Source of the DNA: Frankiaceae bacterium
GTDB lineage: Bacteria > Actinomycetota > Actinomycetes > JADGOU01
Assembly: GCA_017882835.1 (NCBI GenBank)
Contig: JADGOU010000002.1
Span: forward strand, 1 to 33,395
Direction: 5' to 3'
Length of the DNA: 33,395 bases
Shown here in pieces: positions 24,291 through 32,605 of this stretch. The notes beneath the pieces were generated by a model. It worked only from the letters and a program-made list of their open reading frames with translations, had not been told where the DNA came from and searched no databases. The position numbers and the translations under genes were made by a program. Position 1 is the first letter of the stretch, and every line of letters starts with the position of its first letter.

Positions 24291-25493
24291 TCATCGGATC
24301 ACCAGCGCCTTCCGGTAGCCCTCCAGGTTGCGCCGGGTCTCCGCCACCGAGTCGCCGCCGAACTTCTCCAGCGCCGCATCGGCGAGCACCAGTGCGACCA
24401 TCGCCTCCGCCACCACGCCCGCAGCCGGCACCGCACACACGTCGCTGCGCTGGTTGATCGCCTTGGCCGGCTCCCCCGTGCCGACGTCGACGGTCGACAG
24501 CGCCCGGGGGATCGACGAGATCGGCTTCATGGCCGCGCGCACCCGCAGCATCTCGCCGGTGCTCATGCCGCCCTCCACGCCGCCGGCGCGGTCGGACAGC
24601 CGCCGGACGCCGTTCGGACCGCCTTCGATCTCGTCGTGCGCCTGCGAGCCGCGGCGGGCGGCCGAGGCGAAGCCGTCACCAAACTCCACGCCTTTGATCG
24701 CCTGGATGCTCATCAGCGCACCCGCCAACCGTGCGTCCAGGCGCCGGTCGGCGTGCACATGGCTACCCAACCCCGGCGGCAGGCCGTGCCCGAGCACCTC
24801 CACCACGCCGCCGAGGGTGTCCCCGTCGCGCCGGGCGGCGTCGATCTCGGCCACCATGGCGGCGCCCGCAGCGGCATCCAGACAGCGCACCGGGTCCGCG
24901 TCCACCCGCTCGCGGTCGCCCGGTCCGGGCGCCCCCCCGCCCGGCGCGGACACCGCTCCGATGGCCACCACGTGGCTGAGCACCTCGACGTCCAGCACCT
25001 GGCGGAGCAACGCCGCCGCGACTTCGCCGAGCGCCGTGCGGGCCGCCGTCTCCCGCGCGCTGGCCCGCTCCAGCACCGGCCGGGCGTCGTCGAACCCGTA
25101 CTTCTGCATGCCGGCCAGGTCGGCGTGCCCGGGGCGGGGCCGGGTCAGCGGCGCCGCGCGGGCGACATCGACGAAGCGCCCGGGCTCGTCGTAGCGCCGG
25201 CCGGCGGCGTCAACGGGGTCGGGGTCCATTACCTCGGCCCACTTCGGCCACTCGCTGTTGCCGATCCGGACAGCGACCGGGCCGCCGATGGTGACCCCGT
25301 GGCGCACGCCGCCCAGGATCTCGACCTCGTCGCGTTCGAAGGCCATCCGAGCGCCGCGTCCGTAGCCCGCGCGCCGGCGGGCCAGGGCGTCCATCAGCTC
25401 GGCCGTCGACGTCCGTACGCCGGCGGGCATCCCCTCCAGTACGGCGACCAGCGCGGGACCATGCGACTCCCCCGCGGTCAGCCAGCGCAGCAT
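24291..25493 (-). CDS. aroC: chorismate synthase
   Basis: ORF 24291..26303 trimmed to the ATG at 25491-25493. 400 aa. [32 protein letters not shown] and ...[12 protein letters not shown]. The upstream extension is antisense to the helicase gene. Confidence 0.95.
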   Translation of the reverse strand: MLRWLTAGESHGPALVAVLEGMPAGVRTSTAELMDALARRRAGYGRGARMAFERDEVEILGGVRHGVTIGGPVAVRIGNSEWPKWAEVMDPDPVDAAGRRYDEPGRFVDVARAAPLTRPRPGHADLAGMQKYGFDDARPVLERASARETAARTALGEVAAALLRQVLDVEVLSHVVAIGAVSAPGGGAPGPGDRERVDADPVRCLDAAAGAAMVAEIDAARRDGDTLGGVVEVLGHGLPPGLGSHVHADRRLDARLAGALMSIQAIKGVEFGDGFASAARRGSQAHDEIEGGPNGVRRLSDRAGGVEGGMSTGEMLRVRAAMKPISSIPRALSTVDVGTGEPAKAINQRSDVCAVPAAGVVAEAMVALVLADAALEKFGGDSVAETRRNLEGYRKALVIR

Positions 25494-25688
25494 GCCGGCA
25501 GTCTCCCACGGTTGTAGGGGCCGCTGACCGGTGTGGCACGCAGGTGTGGATACCGCAGCCGACACGCGCCCACCCTCCGCCGCGGGCGCCGCCACCGCGG
25601 CTACCGTGTGCCCCGGCGCCCGCTCCCTTCCCCCTTGTCCGCGGCGGTCCCACCGGCCCGAACCGACGACGCGACCGAGAGAGCCGCC

Positions 25689-27488
25689 ATGACCGTTGCC
25701 CAACGCCCGCCGGCTGGCCTGATGCCGCGGCCGGGGACACCGCCCGGGCCGCTTGAGCCGCTGTCCGGACGGTCGCTCGAGCTGCCCGGTGACCTCGCTG
25801 CGTACCGCCCACTGCTGGCACGGTTGGCCGCAGCCGGCGCCGTGGATGCCGACCGCTCCGCCCTGGTCGACCAAGCCGTCGCGGTGTGGAACCGGCCCGG
25901 CTTCGACACCTTCGTCTCGCTGCCGCGGTTGCACTTCACGCCGTTCGACTACCAGCTGCAGGCGGCCCAGAGCGTGCTGCGGCGGATGCAGGGCCGGGCC
26001 ATCCTCGCCGACGAGGTGGGGCTGGGTAAGACCATCGAGGCTGGGCTCGTGCTCTCCGAACTGCGGGTCCGCGGCCTCGCCGACCGCACGCTGGTCGTCG
26101 TCCCGGCCGGCTTGGTCGACCAGTGGCGAGAGGAGCTGGACACCAAGTTTGCGCTGCCGTCGGCCGTGGCCAAGGGCGGTACCTGGCCGGTCGACGCCGA
26201 CCGTCCGATCGTGATCGCCTCGTTGGCCGCCGCGCGCCGGGACCCGTTGCGAGCGGCCCTGACCGCCCGGGACTGGGACCTCGTGGTCGCCGACGAGGCA
26301 CACCGACTGCGCAGCCCGCGCAGCGCGTCCGGCCGGCTGGCCAGGTCCATGCGGGCGCGGTATCTGCTGCTGCTGTCCGCCACGCCGGTGGAGAACCGGT
26401 TGGAGGACCTGTTCGAGCTGGTCAGCCTGGTGTCCCCCGGCCTGCTCGGCACCCTGACCGAGTTTCGCCGCAGGTACGGCGCCAGCGCCGGCCCGGGCTC
26501 AATCCCCGGTCCGGGCCCCGCCGCGGCCGTCCGCAACGTCGCCGACCTGCGCGCCCGCACCCGCGAGGTGATGGTCCGCCACCGCCGCAGCGAGGTGTCA
26601 GTGCTGCTCCCGCAGCGGCTGGCCGAGACCGTACTGGTGCGGCCCAGCCCGGAGGAGGCGGCGCTCTACGCCCGGGTCGCGGACCGGATCCGGGGCGAGG
26701 CTCGGGACGCCCCGCACACCCGGTTGATGACCTTGCGCAGCCTGGCCCGGATGGCCGGGTCTACCCCGGCCGCGGTGGCGCCCACCCTGGACAAGGTCGG
26801 CTGGTCCGACTTGGCGGCCGACGCGAGCTCGATCAGCCAGGTCGAGAAGGTGCGCGCCGTCCTCGACCGGGTCCGCCGGCATAACGCCGCCGGCGAGAAG
26901 GTGCTGGTTTTCACTGCGTACCGCCGAACGTTGGAGACGCTGGCGGCCGCGTTCGACCACGGCGGCGTGTCGGCCGCCGTCTACCACGGCAGCCTGAGCC
27001 GCGCGGACAAGGAGAAGGCGGTCACCACCTTCCGCGACGACCAACCGGTGCTGTTGACCACCGAGTCCGCCGGCGAGGGCCGCAACCTGCAGTTCTGCCA
27101 TGTCATGGTGAACGTCGATCTGCCGTGGAACCCGATGCAGATCGAGCAGCGCCTCGGCCGGCTGCACCGCGTGGGTCAGCAGCACGATGTCGTCCTGACG
27201 AATTTCGTCGGCCAGGGCACGATCGAGGAGCGCATTCTGCACGTGCTGGAAGCGAAGATCAACCTGTTCGAGCTCGTGGTCGGCGAGCTGGACATGATCC
27301 TCGGTCGCGTGTCCGACGACTTCGACTTCGAGTCCTCGGTCTTCACGGCGTACGTCGAGGCGAGCGACGACTCCGAGTTCGACGCCCGGCTGGCCGACCT
27401 CGGTGACGCGCTCGCCCAGGCCCGCACCGCCTACGTCGAGTCCCGGACCGCCGTCGACGACCTCGTGGGCCAAGGCGAGGCGTTGTGA
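25689..27488 (+). CDS. compact SNF2-family (RapA/HepA-like) ATPase/helicase
   Basis: ORF 25533..27488 trimmed to the ATG at 25689, with GAGAGAG upstream. 599 aa. Motif [16 protein letters not shown], motif [14 protein letters not shown], motif [19 protein letters not shown], motif [15 protein letters not shown] and motif [17 protein letters not shown]. Confidence 0.88.
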   Translation: MTVAQRPPAGLMPRPGTPPGPLEPLSGRSLELPGDLAAYRPLLARLAAAGAVDADRSALVDQAVAVWNRPGFDTFVSLPRLHFTPFDYQLQAAQSVLRRMQGRAILADEVGLGKTIEAGLVLSELRVRGLADRTLVVVPAGLVDQWREELDTKFALPSAVAKGGTWPVDADRPIVIASLAAARRDPLRAALTARDWDLVVADEAHRLRSPRSASGRLARSMRARYLLLLSATPVENRLEDLFELVSLVSPGLLGTLTEFRRRYGASAGPGSIPGPGPAAAVRNVADLRARTREVMVRHRRSEVSVLLPQRLAETVLVRPSPEEAALYARVADRIRGEARDAPHTRLMTLRSLARMAGSTPAAVAPTLDKVGWSDLAADASSISQVEKVRAVLDRVRRHNAAGEKVLVFTAYRRTLETLAAAFDHGGVSAAVYHGSLSRADKEKAVTTFRDDQPVLLTTESAGEGRNLQFCHVMVNVDLPWNPMQIEQRLGRLHRVGQQHDVVLTNFVGQGTIEERILHVLEAKINLFELVVGELDMILGRVSDDFDFESSVFTAYVEASDDSEFDARLADLGDALAQARTAYVESRTAVDDLVGQGEAL

Positions 27489-29467
27489 CCATCACCGACC
27501 CGGGGTTGCGCTTCTGGCTGCGCTACGTCGAGGACGCCGGCGCGTTGTGCGAGACCGCCGAGGACAGCGTGCTCGTCCTGCTGCCGGACCGGCTGCAGGC
27601 TGCCTTCGACCTGCCCGAAGAGACGGCGGTCACCGGCGATCCGGCCGTCGCCCGCGAGGACGGAGCGCTGCTGCTGCTGTCCGGACACCCCGCGCTGGAG
27701 CGGGCGGTGCGCGACGTCCTCGACGCTGGCGACGTCGGACACACAGTGCTCGCCTGGCCGTCCGCTCCGGCTCCCGATGCCGACCTGCTGCTGGCCCGAG
27801 CGCGGGAGACGTTCGGAGTGGACCACGGTCGGATCGACGCCGCCGGCGAGCCGACCGCGGCCTTCCTGCCGGTGCTCATCGTCGGCGTACTGGTCAACTA
27901 CACCCTCTCCCTCGATGACCACTTCCAGGAGGAGCTCGAGGTGTGGGTGGACGCCCGCGGCTCGGCCGAGATCCCGGCGGACGCCCGCAGCCGGCTGCGC
28001 CGGGCCGCGACCGGGCCGGCGCAGGCCCGACCGATGCTCCCCGCCGACGTTTCCGCCGCGCTGGCCGAGGCGGACCGGCTGCTGACCGAGCGGGCCGCCC
28101 GGCGCCGCCGCGAGCTGTCCCGTCCGGTAGATGCCGGCCGGTCGGCGGAGCTCGCCCGGACCGAGGCCTACTACGCCGAGTCGCTCGCCTCGCTCACCCG
28201 CCGGCGCAGCTCGGCGCCGCCGGACAAGACGGCCCTGCTGGACGCGCGGATCGCCACCACCGACGCCGAACGGGTCCGCCGGCTGGCTGAGGTGGCCGAC
28301 AAGTACCGGGGCCGCCACACCATCCGGCCCTACCGGCTGCACCAGCTGCTGGTGCCGGCGTTGACGCTGCCGGTCGACGTCCGCCGAGGCGATCGCCGCT
28401 ATCCGCTGGCGCTGGACTGGATGCTGCCGGCCGGGGCGTTTCGCGGCGTGCGCTGCCCGCAGTGCGGCGCAAATGCGCAGTTGGTGGCCGCCAAGGACCG
28501 GTTGGGTTGCCGGTGCTGCCTCGTCCGTACGACGACGGAGCCGACGCCAGCGCCGGTGCCGCCAGCGGCGCGCGCCGCCCGCCCGCAACCGGCGCCTCGC
28601 CCGCCGACGGCACCGCCAGTCCGGCCAGTCCCACCCAAGCCGGCGTCGCGCCCGCCCGCCCGAGCGGCTGCCGCCCGGTCCGCCCCGGTCCCGGCCGACC
28701 GGGCGAAATCGCCCCGCCAAGTGCGTGCGGCCGGCGACAGGCTGGCCATGTCCTACTGGGAGTGGGTCGCCGGCGGTGATCGCCGACTGCGGCGCCTGCT
28801 GGCGCCGGACTCCCCGGCCGCGGCCGTGCATCGGCTCTACGGCGCGACCGGCTCGGCCTGGGCGATCGGCGTTGGTGAGACGGAGATGCCGGTGTCCGTG
28901 AGCGCGGGCACCGAAGAGCCGGTACCCGGGGCAGCAATGGCCACCGTGGGTGACGTGCGCACGGCCCGGTACGCCTACCCCTTCCAACTGCGGTGGCGGT
29001 TCGTCGACGGCGCGGCCGTGGTCGAGGAGGTACTGCCGTTCCCCTTCGCCTGGAGCGGTGGCCGGCTGCCGGCGCCCACCTGGCTGCCGACCGCTGAGCG
29101 GCTGCTGCACGACGTACCGACGCCGCGGATCGAGCTCGACCCGGTGGCCCGGGCGCTGTGGAAGGTCGATCTCCCCCGGCTCGGGCTGCCGCTGCTGCTG
29201 CGCTGCCTGGCCGCCTGGTGGCGCGTCCGGGACGCGGTTGACCTGGCGTCCGAGCCGGTCCAGCAGACGATGTTGTTCGCGCCGTCCGAGCCGACACAGC
29301 CCGCCGTACTGGCCGCCGCCGTGGCCCGGCTGGTGGCCCTGCGCGCCGGCGGGGAGAGCCGGTACGACGTGGTGGCCGCCTGGCACGGTGTCGACCCGGA
29401 GGCGGTGCGGGCCGCTGGCGCGGCGCTGCAGAAGCAGCTGCAGTTGTCCGCCACCCGTTGGTGGTGA
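27485..29467 (+). CDS. 660-aa helicase-coupled protein of unknown function (Cys cluster plus Pro-rich linker)
   Basis: GTG 27485-27487 overlaps the helicase stop TGA 27486-27488. The frame is open for 660 codons, with host-like GC-rich third positions where I inspected the codons. Cys cluster CPQC-x14-CRCC at 28454-28519. Pro/Ala/Arg linker at about 28535-28714. Trp-rich C-terminal domain. I recognise no catalytic motif. Confidence 0.72.
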   Translation: MTITDPGLRFWLRYVEDAGALCETAEDSVLVLLPDRLQAAFDLPEETAVTGDPAVAREDGALLLLSGHPALERAVRDVLDAGDVGHTVLAWPSAPAPDADLLLARARETFGVDHGRIDAAGEPTAAFLPVLIVGVLVNYTLSLDDHFQEELEVWVDARGSAEIPADARSRLRRAATGPAQARPMLPADVSAALAEADRLLTERAARRRRELSRPVDAGRSAELARTEAYYAESLASLTRRRSSAPPDKTALLDARIATTDAERVRRLAEVADKYRGRHTIRPYRLHQLLVPALTLPVDVRRGDRRYPLALDWMLPAGAFRGVRCPQCGANAQLVAAKDRLGCRCCLVRTTTEPTPAPVPPAARAARPQPAPRPPTAPPVRPVPPKPASRPPARAAAARSAPVPADRAKSPRQVRAAGDRLAMSYWEWVAGGDRRLRRLLAPDSPAAAVHRLYGATGSAWAIGVGETEMPVSVSAGTEEPVPGAAMATVGDVRTARYAYPFQLRWRFVDGAAVVEEVLPFPFAWSGGRLPAPTWLPTAERLLHDVPTPRIELDPVARALWKVDLPRLGLPLLLRCLAAWWRVRDAVDLASEPVQQTMLFAPSEPTQPAVLAAAVARLVALRAGGESRYDVVAAWHGVDPEAVRAAGAALQKQLQLSATRWW

Positions 29468-29553
29468 ACAGCGCCTGCTCCGGTCGGGACGCCGCCGGCG
29501 GGCCTACTGCTCCCGCAGCGGAGCACGCCCGAGCTGTCCTACCTGCAGGCCGC

Positions 29554-29621
29554 GATCTTCGCCGTCACGACCAGGAAACGCCGCGACACACACCCTGCAT
29601 TCGGTCGTGACGACGAAGATC
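29554..29621 (-). terminator. long stem-loop between convergent genes (19-bp arms, 30-nt spacer)
   Basis: gatcttcgccgtcacgacc (29554-29572) pairs with ggtcgtgacgacgaagatc (29603-29621), 18 of 19 complementary. The single mismatch becomes a G-U pair only in the minus-strand transcript. It starts 17 nt after the VOC gene stop and has no U-tract. Confidence 0.3.
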
Positions 29622-29637
29622 TTGCCGCCCGGCCGTG

Positions 29638-30018
29638 TCAGCTGGCGGCCTGGACCAGACCGATCAGGTGAGCCTCCGGGTCGACGAACTGACCGAGGAC
29701 TGGCCCACCCGGTACCTCGTCCGGTCCCATCCGCCGCGTGCCGCCGAGGCTCTCCGCCTGCTTCAGTGCCGCCTCGACGTCTGGCACCTCGACGTAGAAC
29801 GTGACATGGCCGGGGTAGTCCTCCATGCCCTGCATCGCGCCCATGATGCCCCCGCCGATGCCGACGCCGTCCGCGTTGACATTGCCCTCGCGCGCGACCA
29901 TGCCGTAGCCGATCGGGTTGTTGCTGTCGATGGTCCAGTCGAACAGCTGCGAGTAGAACGCGTTCAGCGCCATGCCGTCCTTGCCGACGACCTCGAAGTG
30001 CACCACGGGTGCGCCCAT
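29638..30018 (-). CDS. VOC (glyoxalase/bleomycin-resistance fold) family protein
   Basis: ORF 29638..30063 trimmed to the ATG at 30016-30018, preceded by AGGAGGAGACAGTC. 126 aa. VVHFEVVGKD...HVTFYVEVPDVEAAL...GQFVDPEAHLIGLV is typical of the VOC beta-alpha-beta-beta-beta module. Confidence 0.85.
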   Translation of the reverse strand: MGAPVVHFEVVGKDGMALNAFYSQLFDWTIDSNNPIGYGMVAREGNVNADGVGIGGGIMGAMQGMEDYPGHVTFYVEVPDVEAALKQAESLGGTRRMGPDEVPGGPVLGQFVDPEAHLIGLVQAAS

Positions 30019-30388
30019 GACTGTCTCCTCCTGTTTGGTGGGGTGGGCATCCTCTCGCTTCATGCAGACGTCGGGAGGAGGTCGAACTAATCGGTTGGCC
30101 CACCAACCGACCGACCGAGCCGGCGACGACTGCCTGCCGACCCCAGGTACCCCTTTGTCGGCACCTCAACGGTGGACCAGGTCGGCCCGGGCGCACGGTG
30201 CCGGACGTCGCGTGCGGGACGTAGTTCTTCACGCCAAGGGGCGGCAACGGCAGGGGCGCGCCCTTGCCAGGTCACGGTCGCGCGGCTATCGCGGCGGCTC
30301 CGCGCGACCCCTTTCGCTATCCCGAGTGATGGACGCTGCTCCGGCTACAAAGGCCGGCTCGGCGCAGTCGGCGACAGACCAGGTGCGC

Positions 30389-30439
30389 GCGCTAGCTGCT
30401 AGCGGCTAGCTCGCCTCACCGACGACCTGGGGCTAGCGC
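30389..30439. repeat. cluster of four palindromic GCTAGC hexamers
   Basis: GCTAGC occurs at 30391-30396, 30398-30403 and 30405-30410 (7-bp phasing) and at 30432-30437. gcgctagc (30389-30396) is complementary to gctagcgc (30432-30439). The cluster lies about 50 nt downstream of the last pilus gene. Confidence 0.8.
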
Positions 30440-30488
30440 CGAGCCCACCGCCAGAGCCGCTCCGCCGAACCAGCTGGACGGTGTCGGC

Positions 30489-31172
30489 CTACTTGAGGAC
30501 TTCCTGGCCCTCGCAGAGGCTGAAGCTCTCGTCGCCGTTGAGGTACGACGCGCAGGTGCTCTTGACCGACACCAGCTTGAACGTGGTTGCGAACGTGTCG
30601 TCCACCGCCGGGGTGAAGACGGTGGCGTCGACCTTGGTCTGGGCGTACTGCACGCCGTCCTTGGTAAAGGCATGCACCAGGCTCACGCGCTTGCCCGCGG
30701 AGGTGGTCGCCGCCGGCCCGGTCGGGGACGTGCCGGTCGAGGGCGCCGTCGTCGTGGGGTCCGCGGTGCCCGGGGCCGCCGTCGTCCCGGTCGCCGGCGT
30801 GCCCGTGCTCGTGCCGCTCGCCGCCGCCGGAGCCACGTAGAGCGCCGTGAACGGGTCGCGACCCACCACGTCGCTGAACGTCGACGGCACCGTTTCGGGC
30901 GCGGGGATCACGACCGCCGGCTTGGGTACGACGGGAGCACTCGCCGCCGGCTTCGGTTTCGGCACCGGCGCGGCCGCCACCTTCGGGGTATCGCCGCCGG
31001 AGAACAGGAACATCTTGGCGCCGAGCGCAAGCAGGAGCGCCAGCGCACCGGCGGCGGCCACGATCAGCGCCAGCCGCCGACGGTCCGCAGCCGGCTTGAC
31101 CGGCTCGCTCGACTCGGCGCCGATCGGGTCGTCCGGCTCGCTCGACTCGAACGGAAAGGATGGGTGCGACAT
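30489..31172 (-). CDS. membrane-anchored Pro/Ala-rich protein, last gene of the pilMNO block (possible PilP analogue)
   Basis: 227 aa. Acidic N-terminus, one TM helix (LALIVAAAGALALLLALGAKMFLF), a long P/A/T linker and a compact C-terminal domain of about 70 aa with two Cys (CASYLNGDESFSLCEG). The ATG is 13 nt after the pilO stop, with GAGG upstream. Confidence 0.6.
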   Translation of the reverse strand: MSHPSFPFESSEPDDPIGAESSEPVKPAADRRRLALIVAAAGALALLLALGAKMFLFSGGDTPKVAAAPVPKPKPAASAPVVPKPAVVIPAPETVPSTFSDVVGRDPFTALYVAPAAASGTSTGTPATGTTAAPGTADPTTTAPSTGTSPTGPAATTSAGKRVSLVHAFTKDGVQYAQTKVDATVFTPAVDDTFATTFKLVSVKSTCASYLNGDESFSLCEGQEVLK

Positions 31173-31185
31173 CGTCGGCTGCCTC

Positions 31186-31917
31186 TTACCGGCTCGGGAG
31201 TGACGTGGTGGGTGCCGGTGCGGTCGTCGCCCCGGGCGCGGTACCGACAGCCGGCGCCGGCGTGGCCGCCGTCATCGCGGGGGCCATGAAGACCATCGCC
31301 GAAACTGTGCCCGTCAGCGATCCGACCGGCGGCGCAGTGGCCCCGCCCGCTGCCGCACCCGCCGCGGGAGCCGCCGGTGCCGCGGCTGCCGGGCCGGAGC
31401 CACCCGCCGGAGCCACGCCCAGCGTGGTGACCACGAACGCGCGCGGGAGTGACTCGAGGTTGCTGAGGAACTGCTCCATCTGGAAGAACTTGCCTTGCAC
31501 CGTCAATGCCAGCGGGATCTGCTGCACGGCCACGGGCGGCGTGGCCAGGCCCACGGTGGCCGGCACCGCCGCGGTCAGCGCCACCGGTGCCGACGGCGAC
31601 AGCGACATCAAGTCGACGTTCGCCTTGTCGGCAGCGTCACTGAGCGCCCGGATGAGCGAGGGCAGCGCCGGGTTGTCCGGCATCCTGGCCGAGATCTCGG
31701 TCAGCCGCGCCTGCTTTTTCGGCAGGTCGAGCGCCTGGGCCTTCAGTGCCGCGATCTGGGTTCGCACCGTGGCGTTGTCCTGCTCCTGCTTCGCGGCGGT
31801 CGCATTGAGCGCCGTGGTCGCCGACCGCTTCGGCGAAACGAGCAGGAACCAGCCAGCCGCCAGGATGAGCAGGACCAGTACGGCGGTCAGCGCCGCCCAT
31901 TGCTTGGTCTTCGCCAT
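31186..31917 (-). CDS. pilO: type IV pilus assembly protein PilO-like
   Basis: 243 aa. N-terminal TM helix, coiled-coil (AKQEQDNATVRTQIAALKAQALDLPKKQARLTEI), then PALPSLIRALSDAADKANVDL. GGGAGG SD, 1 nt after the pilN stop. Confidence 0.72.
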   Translation of the reverse strand: MAKTKQWAALTAVLVLLILAAGWFLLVSPKRSATTALNATAAKQEQDNATVRTQIAALKAQALDLPKKQARLTEISARMPDNPALPSLIRALSDAADKANVDLMSLSPSAPVALTAAVPATVGLATPPVAVQQIPLALTVQGKFFQMEQFLSNLESLPRAFVVTTLGVAPAGGSGPAAAAPAAPAAGAAAGGATAPPVGSLTGTVSAMVFMAPAMTAATPAPAVGTAPGATTAPAPTTSLPSR

Positions 31918-31918
31918 G

Positions 31919-32605
31919 TCAGCCTCCCGCCGGCTTGGAGTAGCGACCGGAGTAGGCGTCCTTCGTGACCGTCACGGTGGAGGTGAAGTTGACGACCGGA
32001 CGGGACCCGATGGCGGCCTTGGTGGAGCTGGAGAAGTACGGGTTGGTGTAGCCCTTCTCCTCGGCCAGCGACTCCAACCACGCGGCGACGTCGTCGTAGG
32101 CGAACGCCGTACCGGCGAAGGTGACCGTCCCGATGCCCGGGTCGACGCCGGCCGTCTTGGTTCCGGCCGCGCCGGCCGTCCCGGGAGCGCCCGCCGCGCC
32201 CGCCGCCGTCTGGGTAGCGGTGAGCTGGGTTAGCCAGACATTGGCCGGCACCGTCAGGCTGATGTCGTTGAGGTAGTGCGACCACTGCACTTCCGCGCCC
32301 ATCGCCTGGGTCAACATGGCCTCGCGGGTGGCGACCTCGGCATAGACCGCCTTGACGTTGTCGTAGCGCGCGGCGTCGCGTTGCAACGACACCTGCGTGG
32401 CTTTGGCGTTCGTCACTTTCTGCTGCGCCTTGGCTTGGCTACCGGCGGCGACCGTGAATAGCAGCGCCACGATCCCGAGCGCGCAGAGCAGGACGGCACC
32501 GAGGCCGTGCTGCACGCGGCGGAACCGCCGTACCTCCAAGATCTCCGGCGGCAGCAGGTTGACCCGCGGCAGCTGGCCGATCCGGGTGATGGTGGGGGTC
32601 GTCAT
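31919..32605 (-). CDS. pilN: type IV pilus assembly protein PilN-like
   Basis: 228 aa. RVNLLPPEILEVRRFRR followed by a TM helix, the typical PilN N-terminus. The ATG overlaps the pilM stop (ATGA). Confidence 0.8.
   Translation of the reverse strand: MTTPTITRIGQLPRVNLLPPEILEVRRFRRVQHGLGAVLLCALGIVALLFTVAAGSQAKAQQKVTNAKATQVSLQRDAARYDNVKAVYAEVATREAMLTQAMGAEVQWSHYLNDISLTVPANVWLTQLTATQTAAGAAGAPGTAGAAGTKTAGVDPGIGTVTFAGTAFAYDDVAAWLESLAEEKGYTNPYFSSSTKAAIGSRPVVNFTSTVTVTKDAYSGRYSKPAGG

Noticed and set aside
25689-29467. Calling the helicase pair a DISARM or Zorya defence system
   Set aside because: I see no methyltransferase, PLD nuclease, DrmA-type helicase or ZorA/ZorB-like membrane genes nearby. 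The neighbours are aroC, a VOC protein and pilus genes. Only the generic SNF2-plus-unknown architecture is shared, so it stays a hypothesis in the findings.
25494-30488. Treating the helicase/unknown/VOC block as a mobile genomic island
   Set aside because: I found no integrase, transposase, tRNA or flanking direct repeats. GC content and codon bias look the same as in the surrounding core genes.
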